Assembly: GCA_019057795.1 (NCBI GenBank)
Contig: JAHLWS010000078.1
Coordinates: forward strand, 138,857 to 202,856
Length of the DNA: 64,000 nt
Reading direction: 5' to 3'
Source of the DNA: Promethearchaeota archaeon
GTDB taxonomy: Archaea > Asgardarchaeota > Lokiarchaeia > Sigyniarchaeales > SOKP01
Under the pieces are notes generated by a model. It did not search any database. It was given only the letters and a program-made list of their open reading frames with translations, and had not been told where the DNA came from. Positions 30,388 through 39,673 of the stretch are shown piece by piece (the first letter of the stretch is position 1; the number at the start of each line of letters is the position of its first letter). The position numbers and the translations under genes were made by a program.

Positions 30388-31474
30388 ATGAAATCAGAAG
30401 AACCAAAAGAAGAATCAAAAAAAATTAGTTATTTTGAAAAACTTCTTCCGTTATGGGTCGCATTATGTATAATAGCGGGCATTATTCTTTCTCAGCTCAT
30501 CCCTGAAATAAGCGAAGCTATTAATTCTTTACAAATAGGAGGAATTTCTATTCCCATTGGAATCTGCTTATTCCTGATGATGTATCCCGCTATGTTGAAT
30601 CTTCAATTTTCTGAGTTGAAAAAATTAGGTAAAAACCCAAAACCAATTATATTAACGCTTATATCTAATTGGGTCGTTGCTCCTTTCGTAGGGTTAGCAA
30701 TGGCAAACATTTTTTTACCTGGATATGAACAGTTAATAGTTGCAATCATTCTTCTAAGTTCAAGCCCATGTACTGCTATGGTCCTAATCTGGGGCTGGAT
30801 GGCAAGAGGGAATCAAGAACAAAATGTAATTAATACTAGTTTAAATACGATAACTATCATAATCGGTTATGTCCCTTTAGTCGCATTATTAACAGGCATT
30901 AAAAATATTCCTATAGATATCTTTCTTTTGTTGATTTCTTTGGTGTTTTTTATAGGAGTACCATTATTATTGGGTATAGTTAGTAAAAAAATTATTATTT
31001 CAATAAAAGGAGATGCTTGGTTTAACGATGTCTATAGACCAATTGTAGGAAAAGTTTCGATTGTAGCACTATTAACGACTTTAATTGTTCTTTTTTCCCT
31101 AAATGGAACTGTCTTGATAAATAATCCTGATCTGTTGCTCTTAATTTCTATACCTCTTTTAGTGGGATTTGTAATTGTTGTTAGTTTTAATATATTAATT
31201 ACAAAACTCTTTAAGTTGAGATATGAGGAAGCTGTTATTACGGTTATAATAGGGTCTTCAAGTCATTTTGAAATAGCTATTGCTACTGCGATTGCTATGT
31301 ATGGGATTGGCTCTATTGCGGCATTAGGAACTACCATGGGACTATACGATTCTTAGTTTTACTATGAACGGGTCATTCTGGGAAGTTCCTGTGATGCTAT
31401 CGATTGTATATTTGGGAGGATACTTAGGAAAACGAGGATTTTGGGAGAGTTCAAAGAGTAGGATTGAGAAATAA
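30388..31474 (+). CDS. acr3: Acr3 arsenite efflux transporter, join(30388..31345,31377..31474), 351 aa if spliced
   Basis: MMYP, NWVVAPF, SPCTAMV, SSHFEIAIA; conserved C-terminal EVPVML helix lies beyond a 31-nt insertion containing a stop. Confidence 0.9.
31346..31376 (+). other. putative bulge-helix-bulge (EndA-type) intron in acr3 mRNA
   Basis: 4-bp helix GACT(31340-43)/GGTC(31371-74), 3-nt bulges ATA and ATT, inner hairpin, outer stem AGGAACT/AGTTCCT; canonical cuts give GGA CTA TTC TGG GAA. Confidence 0.85.
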
Positions 31475-31556
31475 ATAATAATTTTAAATTTTTTTTTACC
31501 TTTAATTCTAGGAATATGCTAAACTCATTTCGTTAATAAAATAGAAAAGGGATTAT

Positions 31557-34115
31557 TTAGATAAATCTTATTATATCACCAAAAGTTTGCCTTAGCTTGT
31601 CGATTTGTTTCAGATCTCTCCAATTACATTTAGGAAGTTTTCTAAGACGATAATTATTCACTTTAAATAATTTCCTTACTTGTTGCTCAAACTCAGAATG
31701 TATGAATTCTACGTAGTTATCTCGTCTTATTGTATGATCTACAATAATATAAATATCAATATATCCACTATTTTTTAGATTTTGTTTAAAATTATCACTA
31801 GATTTTAAATGTTTATAATCGTTGGCATGGGATCCATTTCTAGGAGTTCTATGCCTGAATCTATCAACATATTCTTCTAGTGAAAAATGCTCGCGATCCC
31901 AATATTCCCCTGCAACGCTTAGAGTAAATACATCTTTTCCAATTTTTATATCGACATAAGCAAAAGCATCAAAATGCATGTGTCTATATCTCCGTAATGA
32001 TTTATAATCGCTAGGCAAAATATCAACAACCTGATCAAAAGGAAGAACTTCATATAATGAAGTTGGCCTTTCACCAAAATTCTTATGAAATAATCTTGAA
32101 AGTAAATAGCGCATTATCCTTTCATTCGTTATTTTACCTCCCGAACATATATCACATGATTTTAGATCTAAACTATAATCATCAGGTTTAGATTTAAATT
32201 TAAAACTTGGATGATACTTACAAGACCATAGAAAAACTTCTCTGGTTGGCTGTTTTAACTTCTCAATATGACTCAACGGGGTTTCCAGATTAAAATTAAA
32301 TTTATCACCCCGAGCAATTATTTGTTGGCTCGTTAATCTATGACTTTCATTATAACATTCAGCACACCAATTATTATAAGATCTAATACGTTCCATGCTA
32401 ATGCTAAATTCTCCATGTTTATTACAAATAAATGGGAACAGTATTTCTGAGACCTTTTGTTGTATATTGCGCGGTTTCTTTAATTCTTGATTTATTCGAG
32501 TTTTAAATTCAGTTTTAGTAAATTTAAATCTTGCATTTCTTAATTCCGCTTCTTTAACAAAATCTTGATATGAATGGGACTTTTCAATTCTTGAACATAG
32601 AGGACATTTAGCGCGATATAAATGTTTGTAAGCAACATTAAATTTTTCATGGTTGGAACATTTACAAGAAAGTTCAAATAATAAGTTTTCTATTAGAGTT
32701 CCTGTCAGCACAGTTTCTAAATATTCAAATATTTTCGTCTCCATATTAAGTCCTAAAGTATTGATTCTACTACAATAGGAATTCCATTTCTCAATTAAGC
32801 TAAAAACACGCTTTTCAGCACAAATTAATTTGTAATCAAGTATTAAATTAAAAAAAACAGTATAATTGCTTGGAAATTCTTGTTTCAGATTAAAAAACCA
32901 ATTATCTAAAACTTTTTCATCTATTAAGGAGTTAGGTCTCTTAAATTTATTAGATTTCAAAGTAGCGAAAGCTAAAGCTTCAGAACCATTAGATGTACCA
33001 TATAATTTCTCGGCAATTCTATTATCTGGTAAATCTTCTTGATATAATTTTATTTGTTTCACTAAATTTACAAGAAAATCTTTCGATATGGAACTACTAT
33101 TCTTTATATTTGGAAATTGATTCTTAATAAATTCCTTATAATGCTCTAAAGCTAAAACTTCGATTTTTTTGATTTTTCTTGGTCGATTTTCATTGGTTTG
33201 CTTCATGGAATCAAAACCTTCTTTTTCTTTTGGTTTACAATTTTCTAAATCCACAAATCTTTTTATAAGTTTAATCACATCAGATTTAGTAAATTTCGGA
33301 GTTAGCCCATTAGTATAAAATTCATGATATGCAGAAAATCTATCAAAAGCAGTTACCTTTGATTTCTTAATTTCTTTATTTTCAGGATTTAATCCGAGAA
33401 GGGATCTACACGTACCAATGTTTAGGATTTTATCATAATTACTCTTGATTTCTTTTAAAGTCAGTTCGGTTTTATTTTCTAACGATTTTATTACCTCAAT
33501 GCCCTTTATTATTTCTTTTTGCCATTCTTTCAAGAAATTTCGAAGGTTTTTAGAAAGCGGTTTAAGATTTTCATACTCAGAAAAGATTTTCGAATGAACT
33601 CGAAGGTGCTTAAGTATCCTCTTATATTGGATGGTTATTTCATCCATTCCATGTCTAATTGCCTTATTCACGAGATTTGGTTTAGAACTTTCTCCTTTTT
33701 TTAGTGCTTTAATCTGTTTTTTAGTCAATTGCTTGAGATATGTATTCGAAACCGAGTCCATGTAATATGAAACTATAGGAGCTCCCCTTCCTATTATGAT
33801 ACAATATACCCATCCCTCTATGAACGGGGTAGTTTCATGGGGGAATCTTGATTTTACACCCTCAATTAATTCTTGTGGAGGAAGTCCTGCTTTATCAAAC
33901 AAGCATGCTAACGCAGCATCCACGAAATCACCAATCCTTTCATTAACATAGACTAAAGGAATGTGATGTTTCTTACATTTAGGATACTTCCCAAAACCAA
34001 AAAATCTTAATTTAAGAGGTTTAACTCTAGTCATGAACTCACACCCAAAATTTGGACAGATTGCGACTCGATCTTCTCTCACTGTTTTTCGTGATACATT
34101 GGTGTATGCTTTCAT
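31557..34115 (-). CDS. cassette ORF B: conserved 280-aa N-domain + three zinc-ribbon repeats + PD-(D/E)XK/Vsr-like nuclease domain
   Basis: CSNH...CPLC, CNKH...CAEC, CKYH...CDIC; NERIMRYLL...HFDAF...AGEYW..EH. Confidence 0.8.
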   Translation of the reverse strand: MKAYTNVSRKTVREDRVAICPNFGCEFMTRVKPLKLRFFGFGKYPKCKKHHIPLVYVNERIGDFVDAALACLFDKAGLPPQELIEGVKSRFPHETTPFIEGWVYCIIIGRGAPIVSYYMDSVSNTYLKQLTKKQIKALKKGESSKPNLVNKAIRHGMDEITIQYKRILKHLRVHSKIFSEYENLKPLSKNLRNFLKEWQKEIIKGIEVIKSLENKTELTLKEIKSNYDKILNIGTCRSLLGLNPENKEIKKSKVTAFDRFSAYHEFYTNGLTPKFTKSDVIKLIKRFVDLENCKPKEKEGFDSMKQTNENRPRKIKKIEVLALEHYKEFIKNQFPNIKNSSSISKDFLVNLVKQIKLYQEDLPDNRIAEKLYGTSNGSEALAFATLKSNKFKRPNSLIDEKVLDNWFFNLKQEFPSNYTVFFNLILDYKLICAEKRVFSLIEKWNSYCSRINTLGLNMETKIFEYLETVLTGTLIENLLFELSCKCSNHEKFNVAYKHLYRAKCPLCSRIEKSHSYQDFVKEAELRNARFKFTKTEFKTRINQELKKPRNIQQKVSEILFPFICNKHGEFSISMERIRSYNNWCAECYNESHRLTSQQIIARGDKFNFNLETPLSHIEKLKQPTREVFLWSCKYHPSFKFKSKPDDYSLDLKSCDICSGGKITNERIMRYLLSRLFHKNFGERPTSLYEVLPFDQVVDILPSDYKSLRRYRHMHFDAFAYVDIKIGKDVFTLSVAGEYWDREHFSLEEYVDRFRHRTPRNGSHANDYKHLKSSDNFKQNLKNSGYIDIYIIVDHTIRRDNYVEFIHSEFEQQVRKLFKVNNYRLRKLPKCNWRDLKQIDKLRQTFGDIIRFI

Positions 34116-34720
34116 GAAGTCAATCTCTCCTCGAGTTGTTTTTTTGGATTTCTTATCTTTACTCTTGGTGCTTTTTCTAATAGACTCTCTAATTCTCCTT
34201 CTAAACTATGGTAGTTTATTCTAAGTTCCTCATAAAACTCGCTGAATTGTATATGTAAGCACTTTTTCACTAAACATATGTTTTTTGCCAATACAACTAC
34301 GAATTTGAGTAAGCTTAGATGATCATGAATGTTCTCATCCGAAAAATAGTGAATTAAAATGGATATTTTTTCTGTTATTTCTGAAAGTCTGATTATGGGT
34401 GTTCTATTATTGTTAAAAAATAGAGATCGTATCCCTTCCTCAAGAGTTTGAGTGCTGTTTTTTAATTTCTTAAGCATTGTTATGAATTCATGGGTTAATG
34501 TTTCTAATTCTTGCTTTCGACTGAAAAATTTATTGTTTCTATAATTTTCAGCAAGATGGGGATTGGTCCAAAATCGATATCTTATCACTTCCATCCTATA
34601 ATTAAAAAAAGTTCGGAGTTGACGTGAAAGTTCTTTTATTTTTCTTACACCCTCAATCTCATACCAATCATTAAAAATTTCTTCATAATCAGTTTCAAAA
34701 TCTTCCATATACTCTGTCAT
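34112..34720 (-). CDS. cassette ORF A
   Basis: Paralogue of 15399-16013 and 48692-49303; ATGA overlap with ORF B. Confidence 0.85.
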   Translation of the reverse strand: MTEYMEDFETDYEEIFNDWYEIEGVRKIKELSRQLRTFFNYRMEVIRYRFWTNPHLAENYRNNKFFSRKQELETLTHEFITMLKKLKNSTQTLEEGIRSLFFNNNRTPIIRLSEITEKISILIHYFSDENIHDHLSLLKFVVVLAKNICLVKKCLHIQFSEFYEELRINYHSLEGELESLLEKAPRVKIRNPKKQLEERLTS

Positions 34721-34825
34721 AATTTATTAACATCTTTTACTAACCAATTATCACAGATATATTTAAATAAAAAAGTGAGTTGAGAAAAGCGGACAATGCC
34801 TTTATATAATATCATAATTAGATAA

Positions 34826-34891
34826 TAAATCGATAAATATAAATCTATAGCATTTTAAACTGTGATGTAGGTCAAATCGACAACCTTAAAT
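34826..34891. repeat. second copy of the arsR/acr3 promoter-operator
   Basis: TAAATCGATAAATATAAATCTATA (34826-49 = 30265-88) and TCAAATCGACAACCTTAAAT (34872-91 = 30311-30). Confidence 0.9.
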
Positions 34892-34947
34892 GTGAAATAT
34901 TATACTATATATTGAACCATCATAATATGAAGAGTTAATTCAAAAAT

Positions 34948-35028
34948 TTGATTGAAGTACCTGTGATGTTATCCATAGTTTACTTAGGAAGATATCTTAA
35001 AAAGCGAGGATTTTGGAAATCCAATTGA
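34948..35028 (+). pseudogene. orphan diverged 3' end of acr3
   Basis: LIEVPVMLSIVYLGRYLKKRGFWKSN* vs exon 2 FWEVPVMLSIVYLGGYLGKRGFWES; 19/21 aa identical, 10 synonymous codon differences. Confidence 0.9.
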
Positions 35029-35049
35029 ATTTTAAATAAATTTTAAGTT

Positions 35050-36753
35050 TTGAATAAAAGAAATACTGTAATAGGTCTGAAAATAATGGCTGTAGCTTTT
35101 ATGCGTAAATTAGAGGAAGAACCAGAGACTTACGATTCGAAGTTTACTTCACTTACGAAAGGGGTGAATGTCAATGTTCATAGCTGGGTATTGGATCAAA
35201 TTCAATCAGATCAATCAATTTTAGAAATTGGGTCTGGGACGGGTTCATTAGCTTCAAAAATGGTTTCAAAAGGAAATATTGTTGTTGCAATTGATAATAA
35301 CATTCAAATGATTAATTATGCTAAGCAGAAATACTCAGATACTTTAAAAAATGGTACGCTGTTGTATCGATTAGGTTCATTTACGGATTTACCCGTTGAA
35401 AAGAGATCGTTAGATTTAATTGTCAGCACATTTCTATTATCAGAACTTCGCCCGTTAGAGCAACAAATATTTCTTAGAAACGCCTGGAAAGCGTTAAAAC
35501 CAAATGGTCGCTTGATAATAGCCGCAGAGTTTGTTCCATCAGGGTTTTGGAAGGTCAATTTTAAAATAAAAAGGTGGTGGTTCAAAAAAAAACTGCGTCG
35601 TCTTCGTTTAAAAAGTACCTTTTTAGTTAAATGGTTTTTCAATTATATTGAACCATTAGGTTTTAAGATCGGATACCAAAAGAAGTGGAAGCACGGTTCA
35701 ATTCAAGCAATTGAATTACTTAAAATTAACGATAACGGAGAAGACGAACCCGATTATTATCGTCCTAAAACAAAGAAGTTTAAAGGACTAGTTTCGCAAT
35801 TAAGAATTTATCGATGTCTTTTTACCGGACAGATAGATAGAGTTCCAATAGAACCTGGAATATATAAATCTGGTAATCCCAATCCCAACTCTCCTATTAT
35901 CGTAACGGCTAATTATGAGTATACTTATATAAAATTAATGCGTGATTTACAAAGTATTGATGCGTGGGTTTTATGTTTGGATTCTAATGGAATTAACGTA
36001 TGGTGCGCTGCTCGAGGAGATGATTTTGGCAATAAGCAATTACTAGAAGCCATTGAAGCAACAGATATTCGAGTAGTTTCAGAGAAAAAGACCTTAATTC
36101 TCCCCCAACTTTCAGCAGGAGGGGTTGCTATACCTCAATTACCAGAAAAATTTCCTTTCAAAGTAAAATACGGTCCTGTTTGGTCAAAAGATTTAAAACA
36201 ATTTTTATCCGAGCGACCAGTCCGAAAACCAGATTCTATGAAACTTGCCAAATTTACACTGTCTCATCGTATTCGGGCTGGAATCACACATACTACGTTT
36301 TTATTCCGAAAAATCTTTTTAATTCCGATAATTGCAATATTACTCTCGATTATCGCCTTGAATAACGTCACTATCTTATGGTGGCTTGGAGAATTAGTAA
36401 TATGGATCGTTCTCTCAAATGCAATAATATCAATCTTCTTTCCACTCTCTAAATTTACTCGTAAATTTATTACTAAAGCTGTATTTTTTGGATGTTTTAG
36501 CATATTTTTCATAGGGGCAATTTCTTGGATATTTCATAGTTCATATCTATATTTACTCTTGAACTTTGCTATATATTTCTGGATAACATTCTTTTCTACG
36601 ATGTCTTTTAGCGGTTATACGATGTCAACCAGTCCGAAAGACATTCAAGCAGAATATCCTGTTTTTAGAAAAATAAATCTTACTCTAATAATTTTAGTTG
36701 TAATTCTATTAGGAATAAATATAATATTTTTTATGTTAAATATAATAAATTAA
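35050..36753 (+). CDS. hgcA: class I SAM methyltransferase fused to HgcA-like corrinoid membrane protein
   Basis: ILEIGSGTG SAM motif; PGIYKSGNP..NSPIIVTANY, GINVWCAARG cap helix, LILPQLSAGGV, YGPV, C-terminal TM helices with FSGYTMSTS; likely start ATG 35086. Confidence 0.8.
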   Translation: MNKRNTVIGLKIMAVAFMRKLEEEPETYDSKFTSLTKGVNVNVHSWVLDQIQSDQSILEIGSGTGSLASKMVSKGNIVVAIDNNIQMINYAKQKYSDTLKNGTLLYRLGSFTDLPVEKRSLDLIVSTFLLSELRPLEQQIFLRNAWKALKPNGRLIIAAEFVPSGFWKVNFKIKRWWFKKKLRRLRLKSTFLVKWFFNYIEPLGFKIGYQKKWKHGSIQAIELLKINDNGEDEPDYYRPKTKKFKGLVSQLRIYRCLFTGQIDRVPIEPGIYKSGNPNPNSPIIVTANYEYTYIKLMRDLQSIDAWVLCLDSNGINVWCAARGDDFGNKQLLEAIEATDIRVVSEKKTLILPQLSAGGVAIPQLPEKFPFKVKYGPVWSKDLKQFLSERPVRKPDSMKLAKFTLSHRIRAGITHTTFLFRKIFLIPIIAILLSIIALNNVTILWWLGELVIWIVLSNAIISIFFPLSKFTRKFITKAVFFGCFSIFFIGAISWIFHSSYLYLLLNFAIYFWITFFSTMSFSGYTMSTSPKDIQAEYPVFRKINLTLIILVVILLGINIIFFMLNIIN

Positions 36754-36771
36754 AAAAAAATCATAAATCTG

Positions 36772-37107
36772 ATGAAAATGACAGAATCAAATCAAAATTC
36801 ATGTTGTAGTGACGGTACTGATACGGTACAAAATATCTTAAATGTTCTTGATATTAGAATTCTTATTAACGAACCATTATGTACTGGTTGTGGGTTATGT
36901 GGCGAAATATGCCCTTTTGGTTTACCTAAACCAAGTGATAATGGAAAATATGAAATAAAAAATCCAGAACTCTGTACTGAATGTAGTGCTTGTCAAAGAA
37001 ATTGTCCTACTCATGCTATTATTATGCGAGAGCATGTAGGTTGCGGATGTTTATGGGACGCGCGACAACGAGTAAAAAGCAAAGGAAACAGTTGTAATTG
37101 TTCATAA
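36772..37107 (+). CDS. hgcB: 2[4Fe-4S] ferredoxin, HgcB-like
   Basis: CTGCGLCGEICP and CTECSACQRNCP; extra Cys in VGCGC and terminal SCNCS; directly after hgcA-like gene. Confidence 0.75.
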   Translation: MKMTESNQNSCCSDGTDTVQNILNVLDIRILINEPLCTGCGLCGEICPFGLPKPSDNGKYEIKNPELCTECSACQRNCPTHAIIMREHVGCGCLWDARQRVKSKGNSCNCS

Positions 37108-37138
37108 AAACAAATTTAAAATTTAAATTAGATTAAAT

Positions 37139-37429
37139 TTGATAAGATCCATGACGCAACAAGACGATAATAAATTAAAAGTAGATATTTATGTTCCTTT
37201 AGACGCATGTGCGTGCATATGGGACGATTTTATGAATCGGATGTTTGAAGTACTTAATCCTTATATAAAAAATATTGACTATAATACAAAAAACTTGAAC
37301 TCCGAAGAAGCTCGCAAATTAAAGCTACATGGAAATTGCGTTGTTGTTAATGGTAAAATAAAATTTACTAGTTCCTACTTACTCAAAGACAAATTACCAA
37401 ATTTACTTAAGGAAAAAGATCTAATGTAG
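37139..37429 (+). CDS. small thioredoxin-like/metallochaperone-like protein
   Basis: VDIYVPLDACAC, CVVVNG. Confidence 0.55.
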   Translation: MIRSMTQQDDNKLKVDIYVPLDACACIWDDFMNRMFEVLNPYIKNIDYNTKNLNSEEARKLKLHGNCVVVNGKIKFTSSYLLKDKLPNLLKEKDLM

Positions 37430-37469
37430 ATTTTTATTTTAAAATAAATTTTGTGGAGGTTAAAAAAAA

Positions 37470-37826
37470 ATTAAAAAAATCAATTTTGAAATAAGCATAC
37501 CAACTAAGGGACTACAACAAGGAAAAAAGTATACTGTTTACGTTAAAGATAACGCTTCATTTATCGAAGCCTTAGCGATGGTTGATAAAATAGAGATGGA
37601 AGCACCTAATGAATCTATATTCCCAATAAATGAGGGGTACATTCACAATTATCTACAGCTGTTTGTAAATTTCGAAGATAATTCTATATATGATGATGTA
37701 GGAATTTATGCTTATGGCCCTGATGAAAATGGAATTATGCGTAGATTTAACCCAATTCGAGAAAACATAGAATTTAACTTGTATGACGATAGTGTAATCC
37801 AACTACAACCAGACGTTGGGTGTTGA
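37470..37826 (+). CDS. hypothetical protein, possibly beta-grasp/ubiquitin-like, ending in Gly-Cys
   Basis: Frame open upstream of track ATG (37578) to an ATT at 37470, 9 nt after GGAGGT; ends LYDDSVIQLQPDVGC*. Confidence 0.55.
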   Translation: MKKINFEISIPTKGLQQGKKYTVYVKDNASFIEALAMVDKIEMEAPNESIFPINEGYIHNYLQLFVNFEDNSIYDDVGIYAYGPDENGIMRRFNPIRENIEFNLYDDSVIQLQPDVGC

Positions 37827-38062
37827 TGAGAAAAAGTGAAAAATAGACTAGATATCTGAAATTTTAAGACATTTATTAGTAAAAAATACGGAAAAAATAA
37901 AGAGTATTTTGCCCATTACTTTAAGAAATACGAATTTTAATTTTTTGGATGAAGTCTTTCAATAAACGATAGTGAAAGATGGACAATAGGAATGCCTCCT
38001 AATATTCTACAATAAAAACATGAAATTTATCAATACGAACGTGAAAATAAGCTAAATTAAGA

Positions 38063-38518
38063 GTGAAGAAGAGAGATGATGTAAGTTTGGATAAAACTAA
38101 ATTAATTGTTCTTTGTACGGGAAATTCAGCACGCAGTCAAATGGCAGAAGCTTTTTTAAGAAGATATGCGAGCAAGCGTTTTGACATCTATAGTGCGGGA
38201 TTTGTGCCTAAAGGAGTTAATCCTTACACAGTTAAAGTTATGGAGGAAATTGGCTATGATATGAGTAGCCATAACTCAAAATCGTTAAATCAATATCTCG
38301 ATAAAATTCATTTTAAAATTGTAATCACAGTCTGTCAAAAAGCGGAAGAAATGTGCCCTATCATTCCCGGTGTGGAAATTAAATTATATTGGCCTTTTGA
38401 AGATCCGGCTTCGTTTGAGGGCACAGAGAATGAAAGACTTATCAAATTCAGAGAAATTCGAGATAAAATGCATGAACACGTTAAATTATGGTTAAAAGAA
38501 AGAGGAATTGTAAATTAA
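38063..38518 (+). CDS. arsC: arsenate reductase (LMW-PTP fold)
   Basis: LCTGNSARSQMAE, VITVC...CP, WPFEDP. Confidence 0.9.
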   Translation: MKKRDDVSLDKTKLIVLCTGNSARSQMAEAFLRRYASKRFDIYSAGFVPKGVNPYTVKVMEEIGYDMSSHNSKSLNQYLDKIHFKIVITVCQKAEEMCPIIPGVEIKLYWPFEDPASFEGTENERLIKFREIRDKMHEHVKLWLKERGIVN

Positions 38519-38575
38519 TCATTTTTAAAATATGAAATTTAAAAAACTGATCTTAATTTTATAACTCGATATTAA

Positions 38576-39532
38576 ATGGATTTCTTCTCTCATTTTTTAA
38601 TTGGAATATTAATTAGCATTTTCACTCTGAATAAATTGAGTTTTAGTATTGTCTTATATGCTGGTGTGATGTCTGTTTTAGCTGACTTCGACATCATTTT
38701 AGAACCATTACAATTAATAAAAAAATCAAATCTTTTAGCACATAAAGGAATTTCACATTCATTTTTTTTCGCGGCAATTATTACCGCGATTACAGGAAGT
38801 ATATTTTCAATAATTACAGGAGAACAGTTCTTTCTAGCATGGTTAATCGGATTCTTATTTTATAGTATGCACATTATACTCGATTTTCTTACAGCCTCCA
38901 AGATTCCGATATTGTACCCACTTTCAAAAAAAAGATATCGATTTTTTATCGATAGGGCAATAAATATTTTCTTAGCAACGATATCTGGAAGTATTATATT
39001 ATTTTACTTTATAATTTTCTTCCTCTGGCCAGAGTTATATTTTTCAAACTTGGTAAATTATTTTTTAGGTTTTTACATCGTGTATTTTACTTATCGAATT
39101 TTAACCAAAATATGGATCCAATTCAGATTACCTAAAAATATGTATTACATTCCAGGAATTTTTCCTTTCACTTATACAATTTACGAAAATAAGAAATCAG
39201 AGGAAATTTTATCATTTAAACTAATTAAAAAATTCCAATTTCGTTCGAAGAATTCTATATTAATAGAATCTGAGATAAAACTGTTTTCCAATGAAATGAA
39301 ATTGTTTGAAAAAGCAGTTTTGTTAAGTAAGAAATATGCTTTTTTTTCCAAATGGGAATTTATTATACCAGTTATCAAGAAAGATGAAAAAAACATCATT
39401 GTGATATTATTTTTAACCGAAAGTTTTATGTCAGGTCATGTGTACTCTCTTAAAATTGTATTTGATTTGGTTAAAAATAAACTAGTTAATGAGGTTGAAA
39501 GTTTCAATTATAGAGTAAAATCTAACAGATAA
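38576..39532 (+). CDS. membrane-bound metal-dependent hydrolase (YdjM-like)
   Basis: MDFFSH, ADFD, HKGISHS, HIILD, LYPLS. Confidence 0.8.
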   Translation: MDFFSHFLIGILISIFTLNKLSFSIVLYAGVMSVLADFDIILEPLQLIKKSNLLAHKGISHSFFFAAIITAITGSIFSIITGEQFFLAWLIGFLFYSMHIILDFLTASKIPILYPLSKKRYRFFIDRAINIFLATISGSIILFYFIIFFLWPELYFSNLVNYFLGFYIVYFTYRILTKIWIQFRLPKNMYYIPGIFPFTYTIYENKKSEEILSFKLIKKFQFRSKNSILIESEIKLFSNEMKLFEKAVLLSKKYAFFSKWEFIIPVIKKDEKNIIVILFLTESFMSGHVYSLKIVFDLVKNKLVNEVESFNYRVKSNR

Positions 39533-39673
39533 TTATAAAGAATAAAACTTACATTTTAGAAATAAATTTAAATTTATAAATATATTGGATTCAATTTGAT
39601 ATTAATTATGTAAATCAAATTATTAAAATAATAAATAATAATAATAAAAAAAAAAGATTTAATAAATATTCTA

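Larger units (their letters stand above)
31557..34772 (-). mobile_element. putative two-gene nuclease cassette, copy 2 (antisense to the ars operon)
   Basis: Paralogous cassette between acr3 and a second promoter + acr3 3' remnant. Confidence 0.65.

Noticed and set aside
30388-31356. acr3 as a truncated 322-aa pseudogene
   Set aside because: The interruption is a precise BHB-forming 31-nt insert and the downstream exon is intact
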